Origin: Octopus sinensis
Taxonomy: Eukaryota
Direction of reading: 5' to 3'
Length of the DNA stretch: 64,000 nucleotides
NCBI RefSeq assembly: GCF_006345805.1
Contig: NC_043024.1
Location: forward strand, 14,818,001 to 14,882,000
Shown here: in pieces, positions 11,940-24,685 of the stretch
Layout of the letters: the number at the start of each line of letters is the position of its first letter
How positions within the stretch are numbered: position 1 is the first letter of the stretch
Notes under the pieces: generated by a model
Database searches by the model: none
The model's input: only the letters and a program-made list of their open reading frames with translations
What the model was told of the DNA's origin: nothing
Program-made: the position numbers and the translations under genes

Positions 11940-12335
11940 TACGCCTTTACTTGTTTCAGTCATTTGACTGTGGTCATGCTGGAGCACCACCTTTAGTCGA
12001 GGAAATCAACCCCAGGACTTATTCTTTGTAAGCCTAGTGCTTATTCTATTGTTTTCTTTAGCCGAACTGCTAAGTTACGGGGACGTAAACACACCAGCAT
12101 CGGTTGTCAGACAATGCTAGAGGAACAAACACAGACACACACACACACACATATATATATACGATGGGCTTCTTTCAGTTTCCGTCTACCAAATCCACTC
12201 ACAAGGCTTTGGTCAGCCCGAGGCTATAGTAGAAGACACTTGCCCAACGTGCCGCGCAGTGGGACTGAACCCGGAACCATGTGGTTGGTAAGCAAGCTAC
12301 TTACCACACAGACACTCCTATGCCTATAACTACTT
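11940..12335 (-). mobile_element. SINE family A
   Basis: Reverse complement of the family A body. Confidence 0.85.
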
Positions 12336-12453
12336 ACCACACAGCCACGATATAATTTTGTTGAAATGTCAATTTGTCTGAGAATATATTTATTAAATTA
12401 AATTTTACTTTATCCTTGTGTACGCACAGGATATACATCGCCCCTCCGACGCC

Positions 12454-12488
<35 letters not shown>

Positions 12489-12514
12489 TATTACTATTAT
12501 TATTACTATTATTA

Positions 12515-13070
12515 TTATTATTGAGTGAGAGAGCAGTTCATGCCATCAAAGTGACACTGGGGTAAAATATACGAAGCCCAATATACCCATCATGACTACC
12601 CATCTGATAAGGGTACACCAGGCACATGCATCACAACCATATGTGCGCGACATGGTGATCTCATATCAAGATAAACAGCGCATGACCTTGCGGGTGGGGC
12701 CCAGTTAGAATTTTCTTCAGGTTGAGTAGCCCATCCTGCTCAAAAGGTCCCTGAATAAGGGTTGTTCAGGGATGTTGAAAGAACCACCCATGTTTCCAGA
12801 GGTGAATTATTCAAACCCCAAAGAATCCCTCTCAACACACAGCTATGATGCTCCCCCACTACTTCTGCTCGTGATCAGAGATGCTCATATTGTTAGCCAC
12901 TAAGGGACATGGTCAACTGGTTATGGTCAAACAACTGACAAGCAAATCTGTGGTATTGAGCAGAATATATACTGTAGCCCATCTTTTTATACCAAGACAA
13001 AACAATGTACATGATAACACTTCCAATCAGTTAAGACCAGCAGCCATGAGAGCCACTGCCTGGTACTGCA
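12515..13070 (-). mobile_element. Interspersed repeat family E with (AAT)n tail (copies ~28890-29340(-), 61305-61470(+))
   Basis: Three dispersed homologous copies. Confidence 0.75.
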
Positions 13071-13311
13071 TTATTATTATTTTACATTCTGATTCCAAAT
13101 TCCACTAAGGTTGACTTGCTTTTCATCCTCTCAAAGTCAATAAAATAAGTGCCTGTTGAACACTGGGGTTGATGTCATTGACTAGCCCCCTTTCCACAAA
13201 ATTTCTAGCCTTGTACCATCATCCCTTGTCAAATGTTGATGTACACTCATACTGTTATGAGTGACTATAAAGGAATTCTCTCTTTGAATTTTTTTTTTTT
13301 TTTTTTTACAG

Positions 13312-13369
13312 TATGAAGAACTTCATAGTGACATTGACACATGCTGTCCTACTTGTAGACCAAAGAAAC
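13312..13369 (+). CDS. Exon: end of VWC
   Basis: Poly-T/CAG acceptor, GTAAGT at 13370, phase 0-1; YEELHSDIDTCCPTCRPKK completes a 10-Cys VWC. Confidence 0.88.
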
Positions 13370-13501
13370 GTAAGTTATTTTGCTTATTTGGTTCATGTTT
13401 TCCAAACTCAGCATCCCTTTGCTTTAAATTAATTTAATTTATTCAGGCATAGAATATCACTGAAAAAAAATATTGTTCCCAAATAACATTTAGGAACTTT
13501 T

Positions 13502-14320
13502 AAAAAAAATTTAAGCATCACATCCAATATTGCTGTTGGATTTTTGAAGCAAAAAAGTATGATACTATACCCTTTTAAATTAAGGTATAAAAGTCATTAA
13601 AAATTTAAGCATCACATCCAATATTGCTGTTGGATTTTTGAAGCAAAAAAGTATGATACTATACCCTTTTAAATTAAGGTATAAAAGTCATTAAAAATTT
13701 AGCATCACATCCAATATTGCTGTTGATTTTTGAAGCAAAAAAGTATGATACTATACCCTTTTAAATTAAGGTATAAAAGTCATTAAAAATTTAAGCATCA
13801 CATCCAATATTGCTGTTGGATTTTTGAAGCAAAAAAGTATGATACTATACCCTTTTAAATTAAGGTATAAAAGTCATAAAAATTTAAGCATCACATCCAA
13901 TATTGCTGTTGGATTTTTGAAGCAAAAAAGATGATACTATACCCTTTTAAATTAAGGTATAAAAGTCATTAAAAATTAAGCATCACATCCAATATGCTGT
14001 TGGATTTTTGAAGCAAAAAAGTATGAACTATACCCTTTTAAATTAAGGTATAAAAGTCATTAAAAATTTAAGCATCACATCCAATATTGCTGTTGGATTT
14101 TTGAAGCAAAAAAGTATGATACTATACCCTTTTAAATTAAGGTATAAAAGTCATTAAAAATTTAAGCATCACATCCAATATTGCTGTTGGATTTTTGAAG
14201 CAAAAAAGTATGAAACTATACCCTTTTAAATTAAGGTATAAAAGTCATTAAAAATTTAAGCATCACATCCAATATTGCTGTTGGATTTTTGAAGTAAAAA
14301 AGTATGGTACTTTGCCCTTT
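13502..14320. repeat. 94-bp intronic tandem repeat, ~9 units
   Basis: GCATCAC recurs at 13515, 13609, 13702, 13795, 13888, 13980, 14072, 14166 and 14260. Confidence 0.95.
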
Positions 14321-14602
14321 TCAGTTGGTTATATTATTCATTCTGTATTAGGAGAGCAAAAAGTGGAGCAAATAATGTTTCCTCTAAAATTTGACTTGAC
14401 TGCTGTTCAAAAGATATAAATAAGTATTTATATGTATTAATATGTATTTGATAGGTAAAAATCAGTTCAATGTTGAACTTCTAACAAAGACTTTCTCTGT
14501 GTGTTGTGTACATTGTTTCATCTGAATATTTCTTTTACTTGTATTATAGGAGCACCTACCCTAACAAATAAATTATGTTCCAAAACATAAAACCCTTTCT
14601 TA

Positions 14603-15050
14603 TTTCCTTATTACCCACAAGGGGCTAAACATAGAGGGGACAAACAAGGACAGATAAAGGGATTAAGTCAATTACATCGACCTCAGTGCGCAATTGGTAC
14701 TTAATTTATCGACCCAGAAAGGATGAGAGGCAAAGTCAACCTCTGTGGAATTTGAACTCAGAACGTAAAGGCAGACGAAATACCGCTAAGAATTTTGCCC
14801 GGCGTGCTAACGTTTCTCATTTCTTTATTGCCCACAGGGGGCTAAACATAGAGGGGACAAACTAGGACAGACAAAAGGATTAAGTCAATTACATCGACCC
14901 CAGTGCATAACTGGTACATAATTTATCAATCCCGAAAAGATGAAAGGCAAAGTCAACCTCGGCGGAATTTGAACTCAGAACATAACTGCAGACAAAATAC
15001 CGATTAGCATTTTGCCCAGTTTGCTAACGTTTCTGCCAGCTCACCACCTT
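14603..15050 (-). mobile_element. Two tandem SINE family C copies (others ~23315-23510(+), 30485-30710, 35110-35290, 47630-48110, 58665-59070, 60108-60320)
   Basis: Head GGTGAGCTGGCAGA..GAGTTCAAATTCC; central GTCGACTTTGCCTTTCATCCTTTCGGGGTCGATAAATTAAGTACC. Confidence 0.85.
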
Positions 15051-16218
15051 AAAACCCTTTCTTGTTACATAATGATTTCCCCAATAACCACAAAGCAGTA
15101 GAATTAATATTGCTGCTTATTTATGCTTATGGTAATTATTGATTATATTGAAGTGTAGTGTTTATAACTGGATATAAAAACAAAGGGACAGACTGGGCAT
15201 ATTTTGGAACATTAAACAAATTAAATTAAAATAGCATTGGGTTTTCTATCACTAAATATATTTATAAGTAGTTCATATAGAATTACCGTAAATCCTCGAG
15301 TATAATACACAGGGGATTTTTAGGGGGATGTGCCTCTGAAAAACCTAAACCTTGTGTAAAATATGCACCCCTTCTCTAACTTGAGTCGTGCATAATTAAG
15401 CCAGCAGCACCTAGTCGAACAAACAATTTAGAGCATGCATAATACAATAATGGTGATGTTCTTAACTGTTATATGGGAATGTAAATATGTTTGCAAATTG
15501 TTTTTGTTATATGTTATTCTGTGTTCTGAATACTTTTATTTTAATAAATGTTGCTTACTGCAAGTTATGGATGATTCTTTTATGACTTCATTGCTTTCAG
15601 GCATAGCTTAAGGTATTTTCATGCCCGACATCACAAAATGCATTTGAATAAACATTGCCGGACAGCAAATAGAGATTCAGACATTGCTTAGAAAATATTT
15701 TATATTTTTAACCTTGTATATAGTACACACTAGGGATTTTGACCTTTAAATTTTGGGGAAAAAAGTGCGGATTATACTCGAGGATTTACGGTATGTGACG
15801 TTCATACCTTTCTGCAAAGAACTAGTGATGTAACAGAAGGAAATTCATCATCATCCTCATTTAATGTCTGCTTTCCATGCAAGCATGGGTTGGACGATTT
15901 GACTAAGGTCTGGCAAACCAGATGGCTGCACCAGGCTCCAATCTGATCTGGCAGGGTTTCTACAGCTGGATGCCCTTCCTATTGCCAACCACTCCGAGAG
16001 TGTTGTGAGCGCTTTTACGTGCCACCGGCACAAGGCCAGTCAGGCAGTACTAGCAATGGCCACTCTCAAATGGTGCTTTTTATTTGCCACCTGCACAGGA
16101 GCCAGTCCAGCAGCACTGACAATGACCTTGATCAAATGTTTTTTCATGTGCCACCGGCACAAGTGCTAGTAAGGCGACACTAAAGCAAAATGTTGTCACA
16201 GAATTAATTTACTGGGAG

Positions 16219-16249
<31 letters not shown>

Positions 16250-16578
16250 GTTTAATGTCCATCTTCCATGCATGCATGGATAAAGCCTTTCACCCTTTCA
16301 TTACTGCATTTATTTTGAGATGCTGTGTATTCTTTCAATTAATTTTAAATAAAACAAAAGAATTTAGTAAAATAACTTAGTTATCATTCAGCTAGTGTTA
16401 GGAACATAAATTGTGTCTAAGGTTTGGTGGAAGATTTTAATTCAAAACTTATGAAAACAAGACATTTGTATTCAGATCCGGAGCCGGTTTCAGCCGGGTT
16501 AGTAACAAAAGGGTTAATGCAATTATTATGAACATTAATTTGTTTATTCTTTCTTTCTTTCTTTCTTTCTTTCTCCAG

Positions 16579-16868
16579 AAGATACATGCAGAGTTAAAAC
16601 GAAAGTAGACTACATACGTGATAACTTAGGATACTGCCGGTCAATTAGAAAGGTGCTATTAACCTACTGTGGTGGCTCATGCGGAGTCACTTCAACTTTA
16701 CCTGTACTCTTCTCTCAAAAGAAACATAAACTGACCTCGAATTGCAAGTGTTGTCACGGTCAGATAGAGAAAATCAGGGCAGTTTCCTCAGTTTGCGGAC
16801 CAAACAGAAAACGAACTCAACTGTATTATGCCAAAGTGTATGATTGTAAGTGCAAGATTTGTCACTGA
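16579..16868 (+). CDS. Last coding exon: C-terminal cystine knot (CTCK), 11 Cys
   Basis: ctccag acceptor at 16577-78, phase 1; C..C..CGGSC..CKCC..C..CKCKIC then TGA at 16866-68. Confidence 0.92.
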
Positions 16869-17235
16869 AGTAAGTATGCTAAAGCGTTTTTGTATTCTTT
16901 TAATCTTCATCAATCTCAGGAATGGTGGGGTAAGAAATTGACATTGAAATCATGTGATCAGGGGTTCAATCCAACGGCATAAACATTGTTGGCTAACATT
17001 CAACACAAAAGCTGTTGACCAATACCTTGTGAGTGAAACTAGTTGACAGAAACTAAAGAAACCTGTTGTAGGTATGTCTGTGTGTGTGTGCAAATGAATG
17101 ACAAGCTTCTTTCAGTTTCCATCAACCAAATCCACTCACAAGGCTTCTCTCACACAGTTCTGTCTTTTCAGCACAATGTTGTCATCTTTTTATATCTATG
17201 GAGTTTCATTGAGTTTTAGTTTTAAAAGATTAGGT

Positions 17236-18034
17236 CTGTAGCATAGCTGATATCCTCACTGTTTGAGAGATATATTAGAAATGATCTCGTGGTAGATATC
17301 AACCATCTTTGGCTAGTTTGACACTGTTGTTTCCACTGCTCTAATTGGTTGGTATTTAGCGCAGTTTGTCTTTTGACTTATTCCTTCAGAGAATGTCTCG
17401 TGACACCGTTTTTCTTATACTTCATTTGAGCCACCTTAACCCTATAAAAGGGTGAGATCGACAGACTATTATTCGTCTTTGGCTCTAGACCACAGAGTAC
17501 TCCACCATGTTCCAGCAACACCGATCTTAGGTTCCAGTCCTTTTCAGGACTAACCTCTGACCACCAAGCGACTCAGCCATGTTCCAGTTCTAGCGACATA
17601 CAGGACATTCTCCATTTCCGTTGCCTTCATCTCGATGTCACCTTTCTCTGCCACCGCCATCACCACTGTCACCCAAGGACTGGAACCTAAGACCAGTGTT
17701 GCTGGAACATGGTGGAGTACTCTGTGGTCAGTGACTAGACCTTAGAAGGTCTAGAGCCAAAGACGAATAATAGTCTGTCGATCTCGCCTTTTTATAGGGT
17801 TAAGGTTGCTCAAATGAAGTATAAGAAAAACAGTGTCACGAGACCTTATCCGAAGGCCATGATTGGTTGGCTTGCACACTGGCACAGAATAAGTCAAAAG
17901 ACAAACTGCGCCAAATGCCAACCAATCAGAGCAGTCGACACAACAGGGTCAAACTAGCCAAAGATGGTTGTTGTCTACCACGAGATCATTTCTAATATAT
18001 CTCTCCAACAGTGAGGAGATCAGCTACGCTACAG
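17236..18034. repeat. Inverted repeat with ~310-360-bp arms and a 132-bp spacer
   Basis: 17236-17542 is the reverse complement of 17675-18034; the right arm has two small insertions. Confidence 0.9.
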
Positions 18035-18283
18035 GTCCATATTCTTAGCCTAATGCAAAATAAGGGGGGATTTGTTTTTATTGCTAAAATTGTAATTTTC
18101 ATTTAGAGCAAAGAACAAAAATAATGCTTAGTATTAATAATTTTATAATAATTAATTGGTTATGAACCATAATTTCTGTATTATCATCATTTCTATTTGT
18201 AAATATGACAATCGTTAAAAGAAATTCATTCAAACTTAAAATGAAATTTTTCTATGACAATTTTTTGTTGTTTTGTTTTTCAG

Positions 18284-18460
18284 ACAAGAAAAAGAAAATG
18301 ATTTTTGGGGGATAAGAAGAAAACAAATCTCTGATATGTAAAATATTTTAGACTTCATCTTTATTCCTCCAAAATATAATTTATCCATTCCACCTCATTT
18401 ATTGTGATATTTATGTAAGATATTTGACGACAATAAAATATTTATCTTCACTAAATGGCT
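18284..18460 (+). other. Probable terminal 3'UTR exon with poly(A) signal
   Basis: GTAAGT donor at 16870, ttttgtttttcag acceptor at 18282-83, AATAAA at 18432-37. Confidence 0.55.
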
Positions 18461-18607
18461 GTGATTATTTCTTCATTTTATGGGTAAAAATTCAGAATCT
18501 GAGAAATCTGGAGATGGTATATGCTAGCCACAGCTTGGACACAAGTGAGTCCAGTAAGCTTAATTGTCACTATAAGTAAACATGCTTTAGGATTTCGTTG
18601 ATCATCG

Positions 18608-19260
18608 TGGCTGTGTGGTAAGTAGCTTGCTTACCAACCACATGGTTCCGGGTTCAGTCCCACTGTGTGGCACTTTGGGCAAGTGTCTTCTACTATAGCC
18701 TCGGGCCTACCAAAGCCTTGTGAGTGGATTTGGTAGATGGAAACTGAAGAAAGCCTATCACATATATGTATATGTAAATAAATAAATGGAGTTTAACACA
18801 GGTATAAATCAAATATCTTTACTTTAGACACATGTTTCGAAGATTTCACTGATATTATTCAAAAGAATAAATGGTATAAAACAATACAATCTTCTCTTCA
18901 GGGAAGTGAAAAAACGAATTAATTGTTAACAAGGGGAAAATACACTCATCTATGTATATGTTTGTGTGTCTGTGTTTGTTACCCCAACATCATGTTTACG
19001 TCCCCATCACTTAGCGGTTCGGCAAGAGAGATCCGATAGAATAAGTACTAGGCTTACAAAGAATAAGTCCTGGGGTCAATTTGCTCGACTAAAGGCGGTG
19101 CTCCAGCATTGCCGCTGTCAAATGACTGAAACAAATAAAAGAGACCGATAGAATAAGTACTAGGCTTACAAAGAATAAGTCTTGGCGTCAATTTGCTCGA
19201 CTAAAGGCGGTGCTCCAGCATTGCCACTGTCAAATGACTGAAACAAGTAAAAGAAAAGAG
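18608..19260 (+). mobile_element. SINE family A, interrupted, with duplicated 3' end
   Basis: Head at 18608-18765; tail repeated at ~19025-19145 and ~19140-19260. Confidence 0.75.
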
Positions 19261-19676
19261 TCAGGACAAGAGGGAAAATATGGTCTTTGGCTAGAATCTC
19301 CTCTCAGTTGTTGAATTCCTTGAATTCTTTGTATATTTTTCTACCTCACTGCTGTAAATGAGTACGTAAAGAAAATTAACAGACAATGTTTACTAAAACA
19401 TGACAAAAGTGACACTTATGATACAATTTAATAATTAAGGAATGAATGGGCACAATGTCAATTTGATGCCATTGTATTACTGGTATACTTAGGGAATAAA
19501 ATTAATCCAAAGCATTTAGTTCAGTGACTTGTTATATTTGCCAAGGCACTGAAACAAACCAAGTGGGAGAGGTTCTGCGCTGGGGATCATCTTGTTTCAG
19601 TCATTTGACTGTGGCCATGCTGGAGCACCACCTTTAGCCGACAGAAACTGAAAGAAGCCTGTTGTATATATGTATG

Positions 19677-19725
<49 letters not shown>

Positions 19726-21039
19726 GTATGTGTATATACATATATATATATACACACATACATGTATATGTGCGTTTGTGTCTGTGTTTGTCCCCCCAAC
19801 ATCGCTTGACAACCGATGGTGGTGTGTTTACATCCCTGTAACTGAGTGGTTCAGCAAAAGACACCAATAGAATAAGTACCAGGCTTACAAAGAATAAGTC
19901 CTGGGGTCAATTTGCTTGACTAAAGGCAGTGCTTCATCATGGCCACAGTCAAATGACTGAAACAAGTAAAAGGAAAAAAAAACAGATAGCATTTTTATTA
20001 CAGGTTGAAGAATATATACTGTATATGTTGAGCCACGCTGACTGTTGGACAACCTCACCTCTCATCTGTGATATCTAATAATTCAGCTTAGAAAACACAG
20101 TGTTGCTAATGACTACGTCAGCAGCGCTTCATCCAGAAAGATGAACTTCCTTATCTGAGTGGCATTATCACACCTGTGTAATCAGAGCACAGATATCGAT
20201 TTTGGCATTGGTATTGGCTGATATTGGCAAAAACCAATAATACACATATCGGCTCATCCCTAAGAGATGGCTATTCTATCTTGGGAATTGGGTATACAAA
20301 GGCTGATATCTTCGATACTTACTGTGAATCACTGATGAAAGTTTCAACTGGCCAAATGAAAGGTTGCCTTTTTTTGCCATACCAGTTATGTAGCTTGCCT
20401 AATTTGCTGGTCAGGACATGACATATCCTTCACACTGTGTCACTAATATTTTTACCCTCAAGTACAGCATGGTAATTAACCTGAAAATGGATGGATTCTG
20501 TTATAACGCTTTACAATCTGCAGGCTAAATGACTGGTAATACATTAACACTTTATATTATGAGAACACAAAAAAGCACAGCTACTTTTGACAGTATAGAA
20601 AATTTGTCAATCATTCCAAATATATTTAAATTATAAATTAGATGTAAGGGCTTCGACAATTTTGTTGAACCAATCCTATGACTGGCACCCGGCAGATGCC
20701 AGGACCCCTGGACTGGTGGTACGTAAAAAGCACTATCCAAATCGTGGCCGATGCCAGCGCTGCCTCAACTGGCTTCCGTGCCGGTGGCACGTAAAATGCA
20801 CCAATCCGACCATGGCTGTTGCCAGCCTCGCCTGGCACCTGTGCGGGTGGCATGTAAAAAGCACCTACTACACTCACGGAGTGGTTGGCGTTAGGAAGGG
20901 CATCCAGCCGTAGAAACATTGCCAGATAAGACTGGAGCCTGGTGCAGCCTTCTGGCTTCCCAGATCCCCGGTCAAACCGTCCAACCCATGCTAGCATGGA
21001 GAACAGACGTTAAACGATGATGATGATGATGATGATGGA

Positions 21040-22185
21040 TTGCCCCGAGTTTACTCATGCATCGCAAATGTATCTTTTTAGAACCAGACGAGTATACCCA
21101 GTCAAAATTAACTTTTAATTTTAGCACTCAAACGAGTTTATTTGTTTTGTGTCATTTCATTTTTGAGCAATCACGAATTTACTTGCGTTGTTTAAAAAAA
21201 AAAGTATTTTTTTCATTTGATGGATTTGACTATCTGGAATGCTTATGTTTTGTATAAAGCATCTTTGGCTGTGAAACTGCTGAAATTTAGAATGCAAATA
21301 ATCACCAAGATTATTGAAAAATATAGGCCCTTATTGCCTCCCACGAAACCAAGAAGACCATCATCGATCCCAGATCCAACAAGATTAGTCCCAGCTGGTC
21401 ACTTTCCCATGGAAATACCACCAAGTGATAAGAAAAAGAACCCTACAAGACAGTGTGCAAAATGCACAGAGAAGAGAGACGCTAAAGGAAAGAGGATTCG
21501 AAGAGAAAGCAGATACATGTGTGATGTCTGCAAGATAACTTTGCGTGTAACTCCTTGTTTTAAAAATTATCATTCTAAATAAATTATCTCATTTAAAAAA
21601 AATTTTCCTTTGATTTAATAATAATAATAATAATAAACATTGTGTACAGTGCTCAGGTGCACTACAACTCATCTAAAGTGCATATATAATCAGGTGTAGT
21701 TTCGACGGATTTCGGAAAGCATGAGGGCCTTAAAGGATGCAGTGTCATGACAGTCAACAACTGACGCAGGCAGTTTATTCCATGCTTCAGCAACTCTGAG
21801 CGTGAAGAAATGTTTCCGAAAGTCATGGGAGCTGTGTTGTTTTCTGACTTTGTAGGCATGTCCACGTGTGTTAGACACATGGAGATCAAAAAGGTGTTCA
21901 GTGTTGTTATTGGTGAGGTGGTTGTTATTGCTTTAAAAGCAATACATCTTATAAAAAATCGAAGATAGTTAAGTTATATGTATTTTTTCAATGTCTGAGT
22001 TAACTCGTTTAAATCCAAATGAGTAAAAGTACATTTTAATTTCTATAATAAAAAATAAAGGAAACAAGATAAAAAAACCTTTTTTTTTTGTAATTAACAC
22101 AATGTATATAATTAAAAAAAGAAATAAAAAAATATGCTCTGAAATAAAACGCCATGTCGAAATAATTGATCCATTAAGGGGTTAA
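21040..22185 (+). mobile_element. Internally deleted piggyBac with transposase C-terminus (21193-21582)
   Basis: KKVFFHLMDLTIWNAYVLY...HFP...CAKC...RESRYMCDVC...PCFKNYH; 3' end AAGGGG-TTAA at 22182-85. Confidence 0.8.
21630..21925 (-). mobile_element. CR1 LINE 3' end nested in the piggyBac
   Basis: NTRGHAYKVRK...RKHFFTLRVAEAWNKLP; (ATT)n tail. Confidence 0.85.
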
Positions 22186-22510
22186 TGACAGAGCGATAAA
22201 TTTGGGTTGCTAACTATAAGAGCCCAGAAAGATATCCCATCATTAAATTACATATGGTGCACAACATCAATTTCAGCATCTAGGCTATTTTGTAACAAAC
22301 GGTGACAACATACAAATAAGATGAAGTTTTGCAAACTGTTTATGCATATGATGTCCACTTGCCAGTGAATTTTAACTAATTGCCATTGGTTGATTTGTAT
22401 TATTCTACCAGTAAAGCAGAACTTGTAAATCACAGTATACAAGCACCATGTTACTTTTTGTGGTTCCTGCTGAGACCTTAATCAAATAATCTTTTCAACT
22501 GAATATTAGG

Positions 22511-22815
22511 TTAACCCCTTACCCAGCAGAAACGAATATATGCGTTTTGACTGAAATCGTTTTTTTCCATCTCTGGCGAGTTAACTCGTCAAAAGATAGA
22601 CTCGCCAAAATCAACAGCAAACGAGTTCCTTCGTCTAAAAACAGGTTAACTCATTTCTGCCCAAAGTGGTAATTTAAAATCAATATTATTCATAATAAAT
22701 AAGGTTTGAAATATACCTCGAAATCACCATTCAAAACATAGTAAAATAAAACAATTAAAAAATATGTCTGAAAAAATACATTCATTTTCAAAATAATTGT
22801 TGGGTAAGGGGTTAA
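22511..22815. mobile_element. piggyBac-type MITE (3'-degenerate copy ~41194-41490)
   Basis: TTAA-CCCCTTACCC ... GGGTAAGGGG-TTAA. Confidence 0.85.
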
Positions 22816-24289
22816 TGCTCTTAAATATTTTTAATTACTATACATTCAAAGCAAACTGAATCTGAGGTTATGAGTACCGAGATGAGCACACGATGATGGG
22901 TGTGAGTTTCTTTGGTGTGTGTGTGGGGGATATGGAAACACACACGTGAAGAATAAAGGAAGCAATTGTCACATGTAAGGAGACAGATCATTTAGAGAGG
23001 GTCTGAGAGGTTATTAATGAACCAACAGGTAAAACCATGGAAATGTAAAATGTACAACTTACATGTTATTTTGAACCACACCATCACTTAACTCAGCTTC
23101 CAAAGCCTCACCATCCTCTTGACTCTCACAAGGGAAATGAATTGTGTCAAGGAGACTTCTTGTCTCTGAAATGGAGGATGAGGAGTTTGAATTAGCTGCA
23201 GTATAGACTGCAGCATTATCCTCAGCTGGGACAGTTCCTCTTGAATTTTTTCAATTGGGGTTGAGATGCTCTCTCTTTTGGAAACTGAATTAAGGTGGTG
23301 AGCTAGCAGAAACGCTAACACGCCAGGCGAAATGCTTAGCAGTATTTCGTCTACCGCTACGTTCTGAGTTCAAATTCTGCCGAGGTCAACTTTGCCTTTC
23401 CTCCTTTCAGGATTGATTAAATAAGTACCAGTTACGCACTGGGGTCAATGTAATCGACTTAATCCATGTGTCTGTCCTTGTTTGTCCTCTGTGTTTAGCC
23501 CCTTGTGAGTAGTGATCCTGAACTGAAATAGAAAATAGAAAAAAAAAAGTAGAGTAGAGTTACAAAATACTTGCTGAGTATACCTCATGGCACAATCAAT
23601 AACAATCTCATTTCCCATTTGCTTTTTGGAATCGGAGAGATCGCTAAACCAACACTCAACTATCTGTGGCCTTATATAAAGTCTAGTTTGTTCCTTCTCG
23701 ATCCACACCTGGCTCATTAGGGCCAGTTTCCCAGTTTCCTTGGCCTATAGGTCTGTCGCAGGTGAACTGCAAGATGCAGGAGGAAAGAGTGAGAGAAAGT
23801 TGTGGTGAAAGAGTCAGCAGAAGTTCGCCATTACCTTCTGCCGGGGCCGCGTGGAGCTTAGGTGCTTTGCTAATAAACACACACATCACCTGGTCTGAGA
23901 TTTGAACCCTCGATCTCTTGACTGCGAGTCCACTGCTCTAACCACTAGGCCATGTGCCTCCACTATATAAGGTCTAGTATAACACATATTTATTTGCCTT
24001 TTCTACATTCCTGTGATTAGGGGTAAAGGTTTCATATTCCAGAAATGGGAACTATGATACCTATTTAACAGGGAAGTGGCATCTTGTACCAGTGCCCTTA
24101 GAGCTTCTAGAATAGTAAAAGACATCAAAGTTAATATTACAGTGTTATATTCCTAACACTAATACAAGCAAGTTTTTGTACTTCTTCACCCAAAAGAGAA
24201 AACGTCCGACATTGAGACGTCGTGGCTATCTGAAGCTAAAACTTATGATATTATAAGAACAAATATCAACGGATATCAACAAATATCAA

Positions 24290-24427
24290 TAGGTGCAGGA
24301 GTGGCTGTGTGGTAAGTAGCTTCCTAACCAACCACATGGTTCCGGGTTCAGTCCCACTGCTATAGCCTCGGGCTGACCAAAGCCTTGTGAGTGGATTTGG
24401 TAGATGGAAACTGAAAGAAGCCTGTTG

Positions 24428-24458
<31 letters not shown>

Positions 24459-24685
24459 GTGTGTATATGTTTGTGTCTGTGTTTGTCTCTCTAGCATTGC
24501 TTGACAACCGATGCTGGTGTGTTTACATCCCCGTCACTTAGCAGTTCGGCAAAAGAGACCGATAGAATAAGTACTGGGCTTACAAAGAATAAGTCCCGGG
24601 GTCGATTTGCTCGACTAAAGGCGGTGCTCCAGCATGGCCGCAGTCAAATGACTGAAACAAGTAAAAGAGTAAAAGAGAGAGAGTA
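24290..24685 (+). mobile_element. SINE family A
   Basis: Full-length body. Confidence 0.85.

Noticed and set aside
13502-14320. CRISPR-like array (also 63341-64000)
   Set aside because: Units are contiguous with no unique spacers, and the context is eukaryotic.
16866-16868. Selenocysteine at the terminal TGA
   Set aside because: No SECIS recognised, the domain is complete before the TGA, and the family is not a known selenoprotein.
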